Origin: Candidatus Onthovivens merdipullorum | GTDB taxonomy: Bacteria; Bacillota_I; Bacilli_A; RFN20; CAG-826 | Assembly: GCA_017694345.1 (NCBI GenBank) | Contig: JADIMY010000117.1 | Span: 17,865-81,864, forward strand | DNA length: 64,000 bases | Direction of reading: 5' to 3' | Shown here: positions 48,937-58,445 of the stretch, in pieces | Layout: the number at the start of each line of letters is the position of its first letter | Numbering within the stretch: position 1 is the stretch's first letter | Program-made: the position numbers and the translations under genes | The notes under the pieces: generated by a model | The model's input: the letters and a program-made list of their open reading frames with translations, nothing else | Database searches by the model: none | Told to the model about the DNA's origin: nothing

Positions 48937-48950
48937 TGTAAGCGCTTACA
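48937..48950. promoter_or_regulatory. catabolite-responsive element (cre) consensus
   Basis: The sequence TGTAAGCGCTTACA is a perfect 14-bp palindrome matching TGWAANCGNTNWCA. It directly abuts the RBS of the EF-G paralogue, and a half-site AGCGCTTACAT occurs at 45539..45549. Confidence 0.5.
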
Positions 48951-49031
48951 TTTTGCTTTAAATAAAGTATAAAGAAGATTTTCTCTTTTTTAAATAGTTA
49001 ATTATAATTTTTAAAAAATTAAGTTATATTC

Positions 49032-49508
49032 TTACTTATTTTTAATAGTTAAATCGAAATATGTTCCATTAATTAAATTAATTAAGTCACTTGGATTAAG
49101 TTCAACTTGATAACCAATCTTTCCACCAGAAATAATTATTGTATTTAATTCTTTTGCGCTACTATCGATAAAAGTTTGAAATAACTTTTTCATACCTATA
49201 GGTGAACATCCACCATGCACATAACCAGTTAAAGGAAGTAATTCTTTTTGATGAATCATTTCAATATTTTTTTCTTTTGCCGCTAAAGCTGCTTTTTTTA
49301 AGTCGAGTTCACCACTTGCTGGAATAACAAAAACATAGTGTTTTTTACTTTTACCAACAGTTACTAAAGTTTTAAAAACACAATTAACATCTTCGTTTAG
49401 ACTTTTAGCTACGCTAATTGCATCAATTCCATCATCTTTATTATAAGTATGCTCAAGATACTTAATTTTCTTACTATCTAAAATTTTCATTACTAAAGTT
49501 TTTTCCAT
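49032..49508 (-). CDS. ybaK: YbaK/EbsC-type Cys-tRNA(Pro) deacylase
   Basis: It has the YbaK fold signature (VKTLV...GxxxxHGGC...) and is 158 aa. Confidence 0.75.
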   Translation of the reverse strand: MEKTLVMKILDSKKIKYLEHTYNKDDGIDAISVAKSLNEDVNCVFKTLVTVGKSKKHYVFVIPASGELDLKKAALAAKEKNIEMIHQKELLPLTGYVHGGCSPIGMKKLFQTFIDSSAKELNTIIISGGKIGYQVELNPSDLINLINGTYFDLTIKNK

Positions 49509-49603
49509 AATATTTACCTAAAGTTAATTATAGATATTTTTAATAAACTAATAACAAAAACTTTGATTATTTTTTACTTTCCTATTTTTAAAAATCTGAA
49601 ACT

Positions 49604-49612
49604 TGATATAAT
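49604..49612 (+). promoter_or_regulatory. extended -10 promoter element (TGaTATAAT) for the PfkB-family kinase gene
   Basis: The TGnTATAAT box lies 22 nt upstream of AAAGGAG and the ATG at 49635. Confidence 0.35.
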
Positions 49613-49634
49613 AAGAATAACAAAGGAGATTCCT

Positions 49635-50576
49635 ATGAAGAAGAAAACAATTTATGTTTCTGGTCTTTTGAATTTTGAGACTATATTGGATGTAAAATCT
49701 TTTCCAATCAATTATTTTCCAATAGATTACCCATTCTTTGGAATTAGTTCATCTGTCTCAGGAACTGCATATAATATTTCAAAAGCCTTAACTACTTTAG
49801 GAGACAAGATACTCTTGTCTAGTCATGTCGGAGATGACTTATTAGGTCAAACAATTATTAACGAAGTCAAAAAAGCTAAAATTGATGTCTCTAATATCAA
49901 AAAAGATCTAGAAGCCACTCCAAATACTGTCGTCTTAGTTGATGCATATAAAAATGCCCAAACTTATTGTGATTTAAAAAATGTACAAGATATCGAATCT
50001 AAATTTGAAGAAGAAAAAGATAAAATTGAAGCTAGTGATTTGGTAGTATTATGTAATTCTAATTTCAATAGACCATTATTAGAAAAAGCCAAAGAACTTA
50101 ATAAAATAATTGCTACAGATGTCCATATCATAGGTGATGTTGAAGATCCATTTAACAGTGACTTTATGAAATATAGTGACATCTTATTTTTAAGTAAAAG
50201 AGGAATCGAGAACTATAATTATGAGGATTTCTTAATCTCTTTATACGAAAGATATCATAATAAACTTATCGTTTTAGGTGAAGGTAGAGATGGGGCAATG
50301 ATTTTAGATTCAACTAAACGAATTATTTACCATATCGATGCTATTACTTTAAGAGAAATTGTAAATACTGTTGGAAGTAGAGACGCTTTATTTAGTTCAT
50401 TCATACACTTCTATTTAAAAGGTATCGACTCACTTGAAGCTTTAAAACTTGCTGAAATCTTTACAAGTTATAAATTAGGATCAAATGGTAGCGCCGAAGG
50501 TTTCTTAAAAGAAGCTAATGTTAAAACTTTAAGAAAAACCACGAGTTTTGCTACTTACGAAATTAAAAAATTCTAA
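49635..50576 (+). CDS. PfkB-family carbohydrate kinase (divergent)
   Basis: It has a ribokinase-like fold. The C-terminal motif reads NTVGSRDA where the canonical DTxGAGD would be. I chose the ATG at 49635 over the track's upstream TTG. Confidence 0.7.
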   Translation: MKKKTIYVSGLLNFETILDVKSFPINYFPIDYPFFGISSSVSGTAYNISKALTTLGDKILLSSHVGDDLLGQTIINEVKKAKIDVSNIKKDLEATPNTVVLVDAYKNAQTYCDLKNVQDIESKFEEEKDKIEASDLVVLCNSNFNRPLLEKAKELNKIIATDVHIIGDVEDPFNSDFMKYSDILFLSKRGIENYNYEDFLISLYERYHNKLIVLGEGRDGAMILDSTKRIIYHIDAITLREIVNTVGSRDALFSSFIHFYLKGIDSLEALKLAEIFTSYKLGSNGSAEGFLKEANVKTLRKTTSFATYEIKKF

Positions 50577-50634
50577 TTTTTAAAATATTTATTAACTAAT
50601 TTACTAAAATACTTATTTTTAGTGTATATTAATT

Positions 50635-50706
50635 AAACTTTGGAACTTGCTTCTTTATATAATAGCTGCAACTACTATTTCTAAGGAGTAATTCCAAAGT
50701 TTTTTT
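50635..50706. terminator. long-loop hairpin between convergent genes
   Basis: The 11-bp arms AAACTTTGGAA and TTCCAAAGTTT flank a 46-nt loop and are followed by TTTTTTT. Confidence 0.3.
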
Positions 50707-51655
50707 AATTTAAGTAAGATTCTTTGATCTTATCTAATGTTAATTGAACTTTTAAGATTTCTTTATGAGGATATTTTGGACTTTCAACCTTTTTATTTTT
50801 AATTAAATCGATAAGTTCAATGAATTCATATTCATAACCACTATATTGATGAGTTAATTTAATTGTACTCAATAATTTTCCATCAGTTTCATATACTTCA
50901 ATTAAACTAGGATTATTAACATCTTTTACTTTAATATATCCTTTATCGCCATAAATATAACCAGTATTGTTAGTATCTCCTTCAATAGTAGAATAAATTA
51001 GACCAATTAAACCATTAGGGTAATTAAATGTTGTAACTTCACTTCTTTCGACCTCATCTACTATTTTTGCAGTTGATTTTAAATTTGTATAATCACTACC
51101 GACTAAAGAAAATATAAAATTTAAAGGATAAACTCCTAAATCAAGTAAACTTCCTCCACCTAATTCTTTTTTTGTTACTCTATCTGCGCTTAATAAACTA
51201 TATCCTAAATTAGCACTTATCATGTAGACATTCCCGATTTGATTAGAATTAATGATTTTTTTAAGTACATCTATATAAGGCATATATCTAGTCCAAGTTG
51301 CATCCATTAATAAAATATTTTTTGCTTTAGCTAAAGAAATAACTTCTTTAGCTTCTTTATAAGTCATAGTAAATGGTTTTTCACATATTACCGCTTTACC
51401 TTTTTCAATACATCTTTTTATATATTGATAATGAAGTGTATTAATTAAAGTAATATAAATAAAGTCAACTTCTTTTTCGTTAATTAAATCTTCATAATTT
51501 AAATAAGTTTTTTTAAAACTGAACTCTTTTTTAAATAAGTCTAATTTTTCTTTTTCCCTACTGGCACATGCAAATAAATTAATTTCATCAAGGTTTTGCA
51601 GGGTTTTTAATACTTTAGCAGCGATTTTACTACAACCAATTAATCCTAAATTCAT
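50705..51655 (-). CDS. Gfo/Idh/MocA-family NAD(P)-dependent oxidoreductase
   Basis: It has an N-terminal Rossmann motif (GLIGCSKIA) and the EKP motif. Confidence 0.8.
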   Translation of the reverse strand: MNLGLIGCSKIAAKVLKTLQNLDEINLFACASREKEKLDLFKKEFSFKKTYLNYEDLINEKEVDFIYITLINTLHYQYIKRCIEKGKAVICEKPFTMTYKEAKEVISLAKAKNILLMDATWTRYMPYIDVLKKIINSNQIGNVYMISANLGYSLLSADRVTKKELGGGSLLDLGVYPLNFIFSLVGSDYTNLKSTAKIVDEVERSEVTTFNYPNGLIGLIYSTIEGDTNNTGYIYGDKGYIKVKDVNNPSLIEVYETDGKLLSTIKLTHQYSGYEYEFIELIDLIKNKKVESPKYPHKEILKVQLTLDKIKESYLN

Positions 51656-52761
51656 TTTTGTTCCTCTAACTTTTCTTTAACTTTTACTAATAAATCGGTG
51701 ATTGGCAAATGTTGTGGACAGTTTCTCTCACATTTTCTACATTTAATACAATCACTAGCCTTTCCATTAGTTTTTGCTAGGTTATTATAATACATTCTTT
51801 GATGCCAATTATCTTCGCTTTTTATTGCTTCATTATATAGAGCAAAATAATTAGGAATAGGAATGTGCTTTGGACATCCTTCAACGCAATATTTACAACT
51901 GGTACAACCTATTTCTTTATTAGAAGTTAATAACATTTGAGCTCGATTAATAATTTCTTTTTCTTCTTTATTTAACGGAACAAAGTTTTCCATATAAGAT
52001 GTGTTATCGTTTAATTGTTCTAATGTACTCATTCCACTTAAAACAACCATTATTCCTTCTAAACTTGCAGCAAATCTTATAGCCCAAGAAGCATTACTAG
52101 CTTCTTTATTAAATTTATGAAATAAAATATCAACATTTTCAGGTAAATTTACTAAATTACCACCTTTAACAGGTTCCATAACAATAACTTTTTTATTATA
52201 TTTTCTAGCTACTTCATAGCATAGTCTACTTTGAATAGCTGGTGAATCCCAATCTAGATAATTTATTTGTAATTGTACAAGCTCAAATTCAGGATGTTTT
52301 GATAAAATTTCTTCAAGTAAATCAGCTTTATCATGAAAAGAAAAGCCAAGATGCTTTATCTTTCCTTCTTTTTGCTTTTTTAAAACAAAACTAAAAGCAT
52401 CAAGTTTATTAGCAGTAACTAAAGTGTTTGTATTTAAATTGTGTAGTAAGTAATAGTCGAAATAATTAACACCAACTTTATTTAATTGCTCATTAAAGAT
52501 TCTTTCCATATCTTCTACTTTTTTAAGTTGCATTGTAGGTAGTTTACTAGCAATAGTAAAAGAATCACGAGGATATCTATTCACTAAGCATTCTTTAGCG
52601 ATACATTCACTTTTATAATTCATGTACATATAAGCTGTATCAAAATAAGTAAAACCTCTTTTAATAAATAGATCTACCATCTCATTTACTTGTTTGACAT
52701 CAATTTCTTCGCTACCTTTAAGTAAAGGTAGTCTCATTAAACCAAATCCTAATTTTTTCAT
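51652..52761 (-). CDS. aldo/keto reductase with C-terminal double 4Fe-4S ferredoxin domain
   Basis: It has an AKR TIM-barrel core plus CTSCKYCVEGCP and CIKCRKCERNCP clusters and is 369 aa. Confidence 0.8.
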   Translation of the reverse strand: MKKLGFGLMRLPLLKGSEEIDVKQVNEMVDLFIKRGFTYFDTAYMYMNYKSECIAKECLVNRYPRDSFTIASKLPTMQLKKVEDMERIFNEQLNKVGVNYFDYYLLHNLNTNTLVTANKLDAFSFVLKKQKEGKIKHLGFSFHDKADLLEEILSKHPEFELVQLQINYLDWDSPAIQSRLCYEVARKYNKKVIVMEPVKGGNLVNLPENVDILFHKFNKEASNASWAIRFAASLEGIMVVLSGMSTLEQLNDNTSYMENFVPLNKEEKEIINRAQMLLTSNKEIGCTSCKYCVEGCPKHIPIPNYFALYNEAIKSEDNWHQRMYYNNLAKTNGKASDCIKCRKCERNCPQHLPITDLLVKVKEKLEEQK

Positions 52762-52777
52762 ATTTGCCCCTTTATCT

Positions 52778-52808
52778 TAAAAATAATTGAGTTTTGCTTG
52801 GTTTTTAA
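52778..52808 (-). repeat. copy c of the ~30-bp motif, reverse orientation
   Basis: The reverse complement is TTAAAAACCAAGCAAAACTCAATTATTTTTA. Its TTA is the stop codon of the gene at 52805. Confidence 0.6.
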
Positions 52809-53284
52809 TCAAATAAACCTTTATATTCACTTTTTAATTCTTTAATTAAATTCTCTTTTTGAAGATCATTTAATTTATCATCTTCATTAGCATATTTATT
52901 TGAAGTTAGTTCGTGATAAATAAGAAAAATAACATTGATAAGTGTTATTAAACAAATAAAGGAAAGATTAAAAATAGAAAATAAATTAAATAAATGTTCG
53001 TTAGTAAAATTAAAAACACAACTAAAAACAATTAATATCAATAATATGAATGAACACATAATATCAAAAACAAAAACTTTACTTAAATATTTTATATGAA
53101 TGCAAGTATTGATATTATTATCTTTTTTATATAGTTTATTTAATCTACTTTCTTTCTTTAATAAGAATTTTCTCAAATAAACTAAAGAAACTTTGCTACC
53201 TTTAGGTAAACCACTATTAATAAAATATTTATATGTTAACCATAAGAAGAATATAATAAATAAAATCCAAATTAAATTAATCAT
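52805..53284 (-). CDS. small 4-TM membrane protein, hypothetical
   Basis: The 159-aa ORF has its 3' 135 nt duplicated at 59310..59444. Confidence 0.5.
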   Translation of the reverse strand: MINLIWILFIIFFLWLTYKYFINSGLPKGSKVSLVYLRKFLLKKESRLNKLYKKDNNINTCIHIKYLSKVFVFDIMCSFILLILIVFSCVFNFTNEHLFNLFSIFNLSFICLITLINVIFLIYHELTSNKYANEDDKLNDLQKENLIKELKSEYKGLFD

Positions 53285-53372
53285 AAAATAATTTTACAAT
53301 ATCTTTTTAAAGGAGTTAAGAAAATAGATTTTGCTTGTATCAATTATAAGGTGTTTTTCTTATAATTTAATT

Positions 53373-54566
53373 ATGAAAGAAATATTAGGAAATGTTATTT
53401 ATGGTCAAAGCGGAGGACCTACATCAATAATAAATACCAGTGCTTACTACTTATTTAAAGAATGTTTTAATAAATTAGAAAATAAAATAAAAATTTATGC
53501 AATGAAATATGGTATTGAAGGCCTATTAGAAGAAAATATTATTGAAGTTAAAGATAATGATAATTTAAATAAACTTTTAGTCTCACCTGGCGCTTACTTT
53601 GGTAGTAATCGATATAAACTAAAAGATGACGATCTTAATGTTTTTAATAAAATATTAGAAACATTTAAAAAATATAACATTAGATATTTCTTTTATAATG
53701 GTGGAAATGATTCCATGGATACCATTAATAAAATTTCAACCTATTTTAAAAAGGTTAATTACGAATGTTATTGTATTGGAATAAATAAAACTATCGATAA
53801 CGATCTTTTACATACTGATTTTTCTTTAGGCTATGCTAGTGCTTCAAAATTTATAATTAACACTATATTAGAAATTTATGCAGATGATAAAAGTTATAAG
53901 GTAGGTAGAATAAACATTATCGAGACAATGGGAAGAAACGCAGGTTGGCTTGCTGCTAGTTCTAAGTTATGTTCTTTAAAGGGAGATATTGTTGATTTTA
54001 TCTTAATTCCTGAAAAATATGTTGATTTAGAAGACTTTTTAATAAAAATCAGCGAAGTTTACAAAAGAAAGAAACACTGTATTATCTGTGTAAGTGAAGG
54101 AATTAAAAATCTTAAAGGTGAATTTATTTTTGAAAACGATTTAATGCTAGATAAATTTGGTCATAATCAACTTGGTGGTGTTTCTATTAAACTTTGTGAA
54201 CTTATTAAAAATAGATTTAATATAAAAACTAGATATTATGAACTTAGTTTATTACAAAGAGCTAATTCAATGTATTTATCTAAAATAGAGGAGCAAGTAG
54301 CCAAAGATTTATCAATTTACGCTCTTAATGCTGCTTTAAATAAAGAGAATAACAAAATGGTTGTAATTAATAGATTACCTAATACTAATAGAAATAATTA
54401 TAAATATGATTTTTCATTAGTTCCTATTAAAGAGGTATCGAATAAAGAAAGATATCTCGATGAAAAGTTTATTTTAAAAAATAAATACGATGTCGATGAA
54501 AGTTTTATCGATTATTTATTACCACTAGTTGATGGAGAAGGTGGTTTGCTTGATATCTTAAAGTAA
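53373..54566 (+). CDS. 6-phosphofructokinase, probably pyrophosphate-dependent type
   Basis: It has the PFK fold. GGNDS replaces the GGDGS of ATP-type enzymes (Asp at the Gly104-equivalent position). The start MKEILGNVIYGQSGGPTS is typical of the PPi-PFK group. Confidence 0.75.
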   Translation: MKEILGNVIYGQSGGPTSIINTSAYYLFKECFNKLENKIKIYAMKYGIEGLLEENIIEVKDNDNLNKLLVSPGAYFGSNRYKLKDDDLNVFNKILETFKKYNIRYFFYNGGNDSMDTINKISTYFKKVNYECYCIGINKTIDNDLLHTDFSLGYASASKFIINTILEIYADDKSYKVGRINIIETMGRNAGWLAASSKLCSLKGDIVDFILIPEKYVDLEDFLIKISEVYKRKKHCIICVSEGIKNLKGEFIFENDLMLDKFGHNQLGGVSIKLCELIKNRFNIKTRYYELSLLQRANSMYLSKIEEQVAKDLSIYALNAALNKENNKMVVINRLPNTNRNNYKYDFSLVPIKEVSNKERYLDEKFILKNKYDVDESFIDYLLPLVDGEGGLLDILK

Positions 54567-55562
54567 AGTTATCCCTTTTTCTTTATAAAAATTTATTGTT
54601 TCTTCTTTCCAGATTGAAGATTGCACTTCTCCAATATGTAATTTTTTAAGCATAAACATACAAATACGAGATTGACCGATACCTCCTCCTAAAGTAAAAG
54701 GTAATCCTTCATTTAATATTAACTTATGAAATTTATAATTTAATATCTCTTCTTTATTCAAAAATTTAGCTTGTTTAATTAAAGAAGGACTATCTACTCT
54801 AATTCCCATACTTGATAGCTCAAGAGCGTCATCTAAAATAGGATTATAAACATAAATATCACCATTTAATTTCCAATCATCATAATCAGGTGCACGATGA
54901 TCTTGAGGAATACCATCGCTTAAAGGATAGCCAATTCCTATAACAAAACAGGCTTTTACTTCTTTAATAAATGTATCTACTCTTTCTTTAGGTGATAAAT
55001 CAGGATATTTTTTAAGCAATTCTTCGCTTGTAATAAAAGTTATTTTATTAGGTAATATCTTTTCGATATTAAATTTTTTAAAAGCAAAATCTTCAGTCTT
55101 CTTTATAACACTATAAATTCTTTTAACATAATCTTTTAAAGTTTTGATTGTCCTTTCTTTTTTGTTAATAATGAGTTCATAGTCCCATTGATCAACATAA
55201 ATAGAATGATAATTATCTCTTATTTCATCTTTTCTAATCGCATTCATGTCGGTATAGATACCTTCATGAACCTCTAAGCCATATTTAGCAATATTTAATC
55301 TTTTCCATTTAGCTAAAGAGTGAACTATTTCTATATTATTTTCAAAATCATTAATCTTAAAAGAAACCGGAACTTCAACACCATTAAGATCATCATTGAT
55401 TCCTGTTTTACTTAGAACAAATAAAGGAGCGGTTACTCTTAACAAATTAAGTTTTTTAGCTAAATGAGATTCAAAATATTCCCTTATTTTTTTAATAGCT
55501 ATTTCGTTTTCTTTTAAATTCAGATTAGATTTATAACCTTCCTTATATCGATTTATTTCCAT
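54558..55562 (-). CDS. asnA: aspartate--ammonia ligase (asparagine synthetase A)
   Basis: It aligns with E. coli AsnA at the VHSLAKWKR, SSMGIRVD and GGGIGQSR blocks. AAGGAG lies 7 nt upstream. Confidence 0.9.
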   Translation of the reverse strand: MEINRYKEGYKSNLNLKENEIAIKKIREYFESHLAKKLNLLRVTAPLFVLSKTGINDDLNGVEVPVSFKINDFENNIEIVHSLAKWKRLNIAKYGLEVHEGIYTDMNAIRKDEIRDNYHSIYVDQWDYELIINKKERTIKTLKDYVKRIYSVIKKTEDFAFKKFNIEKILPNKITFITSEELLKKYPDLSPKERVDTFIKEVKACFVIGIGYPLSDGIPQDHRAPDYDDWKLNGDIYVYNPILDDALELSSMGIRVDSPSLIKQAKFLNKEEILNYKFHKLILNEGLPFTLGGGIGQSRICMFMLKKLHIGEVQSSIWKEETINFYKEKGITLL

Positions 55563-55589
55563 AATTTACTCCTTCTTAATTCATTTAAA

Positions 55590-55620
55590 AAGCCTTTAAT
55601 TCGAATAAAATTAAAGGCTT
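55590..55620. terminator. rho-independent terminator
   Basis: The sequence AAGCCTTTAATT-cgaataa-AATTAAAGGCTT forms a perfect 12-bp stem followed by ATTTTATT. Confidence 0.55.
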
Positions 55621-55626
55621 ATTTTA

Positions 55627-55658
55627 TTAAAAACCTTCTAAAACTCAACTATTTATTT
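55627..55658 (+). repeat. copy d of the ~30-bp motif
   Basis: The sequence TTAAAAACCTTCTAAAACTCAACTATTTATTT overlaps the stop of the gene at 55653. Confidence 0.55.
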
Positions 55659-57728
55659 AATTTTTTTGCAAACATCCCAGACACCCCAAATAACAGTTCT
55701 TAGATTTCCAACCTTTAAGGCATCTCCAATTATATGAACTTTTCTTTTCTTTTTAAAAGTATTAAGTGGGGTATATCCAATTGAAGAAATAACACTATCA
55801 ACAGCTACTTTTTCTTCTTTTCCATCTTTATTTATATATATGATATAACTATCATTATATCCTTTAACTTTACTTTCTAAATGAACTTCAACCTTTTTAT
55901 ACTTAAAATAATCCCTTAAATACGAGGAATTTGCTAAACAAACACTATTAGAAACAATTAAGTCATTTAAAGCTTCAAAGATAATTGGAGTTTTACCTTT
56001 TCTTTCTAAATCATAGGCAATCTCACAACCAGTTAATCCTCCACCAATAATAGCGACTCTATCTCCAACTGTTTCACCACTTAAATAGTTTACAGCATCA
56101 ATGAATTTCTCATTTCCAGGAATTCTAAGTTTTTTAGCTTTTGCTCCAATTGCTACAATTATTTCATCAAAAGATTTAAGTTCATCAAGAGATTTAATTT
56201 CGGTATTAAATTTAACTTCAATATTTAATTTATTAATTTGTCTAATAAACCAAGTAATTAACATTTTATCTTTTTCTTTAAAATCAAAATTACTGGCTGG
56301 AATAAATACACCACCAAGTTTATCGCTTTTTTCAAAGATTGTAACTTTATGTCCTTTCAAAGTTAAAACTCTAGCAGCTTCCATTCCACCAATTCCACCA
56401 CCAATAACAGCAATCTTTTTTGGATGTTTAGTCTTTTTGATATCATATTTATGACCAACCATTGTTTGAGGGTTTAATGCACATCTAGACATATGAATAG
56501 CATCACTCATTGGAGAAGCGTTAGCGCTTCCTTTATAGTGACTCATATTAAAACAGCCATTATGGCAACAAATACAAGGCATAATATCTTCTAAATCATC
56601 ATTCATTACCTTAGTAACCCATTTACCATCAACTAAAAATTGTCTAGCAAAGCCAGCTGCATCTATTTCGTTATTTTTAATAGCTTCACTAGCTTTATCT
56701 AAAGTCATTCTCCCAGCACAAACAACAGGGATATTTACATATTTTTTAATATGAGCAACATCTTCTAAATTACAGTTATTTGGCATATACGCTGGTGGGT
56801 GAGCCCAATACCATGCATCATAAGTCCCATTATCACAATTGAGCATATCATACCCGGCTTCTTCTAGATATTTAACAGCTTTTTCACTTTCTATCATATC
56901 ACGTCCGATTTCTTTATAGTCTTCGCCAGGCATAGCACCACTACCAAAATCTTTAGTTTTACTTAAAACACTATATCTTAAAGAGACAGGATAGTCTTTC
57001 CCACAAACTTTTTTAATTTCTTTAACAACTTCAGTTGCAAATCTATATCTATTTTCAAAACTTCCGCCATAATCATCTGTTCTTTTATTAGTATATCCAT
57101 AAGTAAATTGATCTAATAAATATCCTTCATGAACAGCGTGAATTTCGACTCCATCTACACCAGCTTCTTTGCATAACTTAGCAGTTTTAGCAAAAGCTTC
57201 AATCATCTCTTTAATCTCTTTAATTGTAAGTGCTCTACAATTAACATCTTCTTTCCATCTTAAAGGTAAAACACTTGGTGAAGCTGTTAAGTAACTAGGA
57301 TTGACAATTGGACTAACAATTTTTCCAATAAGTTTATGCTTTAATAACATCACTAAAGGACTAGTAACAGCAAAACTTCTACCAAATCCAGCAGTTAATT
57401 GAACAAATAATTTAGCACCAGTCTTATGAATCTCAACCATATAATCTTTAAGTTCTCTAAACATCTTTTTATTTTTATATAGCCAGCGATTCATTATCGT
57501 ATCTCTTAAAGGAGCAATACCAGGAATAATAAGTCCAACATTATTACGAGCCTTTTCTAAGAAAAATTCAGCAGCAACTTTATCAAAATGATTAGGCTCC
57601 ATCCAACCAAATAAACTAGTTCCACCCATTGGACACATTACTATACGATTTTTTATTTCAACATTTCCTATTTTCCAAGGCGTAAATAGCGATTTATATT
57701 CTTCTTTCATAAGTTCCCCTTTTTTCAA
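55653..57728 (-). CDS. Old Yellow Enzyme-family NADH:flavin oxidoreductase fused to an FAD/NAD(P)-binding reductase domain
   Basis: The 691-aa ORF has an OYE TIM barrel with a Cys cluster (CICCHNGC) followed by a GGGIGG Rossmann domain. Confidence 0.8.
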   Translation of the reverse strand: MKKGELMKEEYKSLFTPWKIGNVEIKNRIVMCPMGGTSLFGWMEPNHFDKVAAEFFLEKARNNVGLIIPGIAPLRDTIMNRWLYKNKKMFRELKDYMVEIHKTGAKLFVQLTAGFGRSFAVTSPLVMLLKHKLIGKIVSPIVNPSYLTASPSVLPLRWKEDVNCRALTIKEIKEMIEAFAKTAKLCKEAGVDGVEIHAVHEGYLLDQFTYGYTNKRTDDYGGSFENRYRFATEVVKEIKKVCGKDYPVSLRYSVLSKTKDFGSGAMPGEDYKEIGRDMIESEKAVKYLEEAGYDMLNCDNGTYDAWYWAHPPAYMPNNCNLEDVAHIKKYVNIPVVCAGRMTLDKASEAIKNNEIDAAGFARQFLVDGKWVTKVMNDDLEDIMPCICCHNGCFNMSHYKGSANASPMSDAIHMSRCALNPQTMVGHKYDIKKTKHPKKIAVIGGGIGGMEAARVLTLKGHKVTIFEKSDKLGGVFIPASNFDFKEKDKMLITWFIRQINKLNIEVKFNTEIKSLDELKSFDEIIVAIGAKAKKLRIPGNEKFIDAVNYLSGETVGDRVAIIGGGLTGCEIAYDLERKGKTPIIFEALNDLIVSNSVCLANSSYLRDYFKYKKVEVHLESKVKGYNDSYIIYINKDGKEEKVAVDSVISSIGYTPLNTFKKKRKVHIIGDALKVGNLRTVIWGVWDVCKKIK

Positions 57729-57808
57729 TTATTTTAAACGATTGATAGCAATACTTCACTAAAAAATTAGTGTTGAGTATAAAAATAAAAATAAATAGAA
57801 TTATAAAC

Positions 57809-58414
57809 ATGCCTTATCTAACGATTATTTTAATTAGTCTATCACTTGCTATGGATGCTCTAACTGTAGCAATAATTGACGGACTTACAATGAAAAACTT
57901 AACTAAACCAAAAATGATTTTTATTTGTTTGATGTTTAGTTTATTTCAAGGTTTATTTCCTTTTGCTGCTCATTTCATAGGCACTACTTTTATGTCTTAC
58001 ATCGAAGATTATGATCATTGGATTAGCTTTGCTTTACTTTTACTAATTGGTGGAAAAATGATTTTCGATGGAATAAAAGAAGTTATTAATAAGAAAAAAG
58101 GTGTTGTTGAAGAAAATAATGCTAATACTTTTACATATAGAAAAATATTTATTCAAGCAATTGCTACTGCAATCGATGCTTTTGCAATCGGAATAACTTT
58201 AGAAAGTAGTACTCAACCTATTAATATTTATTACGATGTTTTATTTATTATTGGAATAACTTTTTTATGTTGCTTAATTGGTATTTTCTTAGGCAAACAA
58301 ATTACAAAAGTTATTAAAGGACACTATGAAATTGGTGATTTTATTGGTGGAATCGTTTTAATTTTAATTGGAGTAAAAATTGTTTTATCTCATTTAGGAT
58401 ATTTACCATTTTAA
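57809..58414 (+). CDS. mntP: MntP-family (DUF204) putative manganese efflux pump
   Basis: It has a duplicated 3-TM module with DA motifs (SLAMDALTVA; ATAIDAFAIG). I chose the ATG at 57809. Confidence 0.65.
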   Translation: MPYLTIILISLSLAMDALTVAIIDGLTMKNLTKPKMIFICLMFSLFQGLFPFAAHFIGTTFMSYIEDYDHWISFALLLLIGGKMIFDGIKEVINKKKGVVEENNANTFTYRKIFIQAIATAIDAFAIGITLESSTQPINIYYDVLFIIGITFLCCLIGIFLGKQITKVIKGHYEIGDFIGGIVLILIGVKIVLSHLGYLPF

Positions 58415-58445
58415 ATATATTATTTAAGGAGGATGTTTATTTTAT

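Noticed and set aside
49563-49634. Upstream alternative start codons proposed by the ORF track (TTG/GTG at 2906, 26117, 38399, 49563, 53331, 57770, 48924 and 20929; also the later ATG preferred at 43013 over 43058).
   Set aside because: Downstream ATG codons have proper Shine-Dalgarno spacing and match the conserved N-termini of the protein families. The upstream starts lack an RBS or include promoter elements. The exceptions are 43003..44130, where the GTG was kept because it is preceded by GAGGAAG, and 28847..30091, where neither the ATG at 30070 nor the TTG at 30091 has an obvious RBS.
57729-57808. Possible yybP-ykoY manganese riboswitch upstream of mntP.
   Set aside because: The 80-nt AT-rich leader has none of the conserved GC-rich helices or motifs of that riboswitch.
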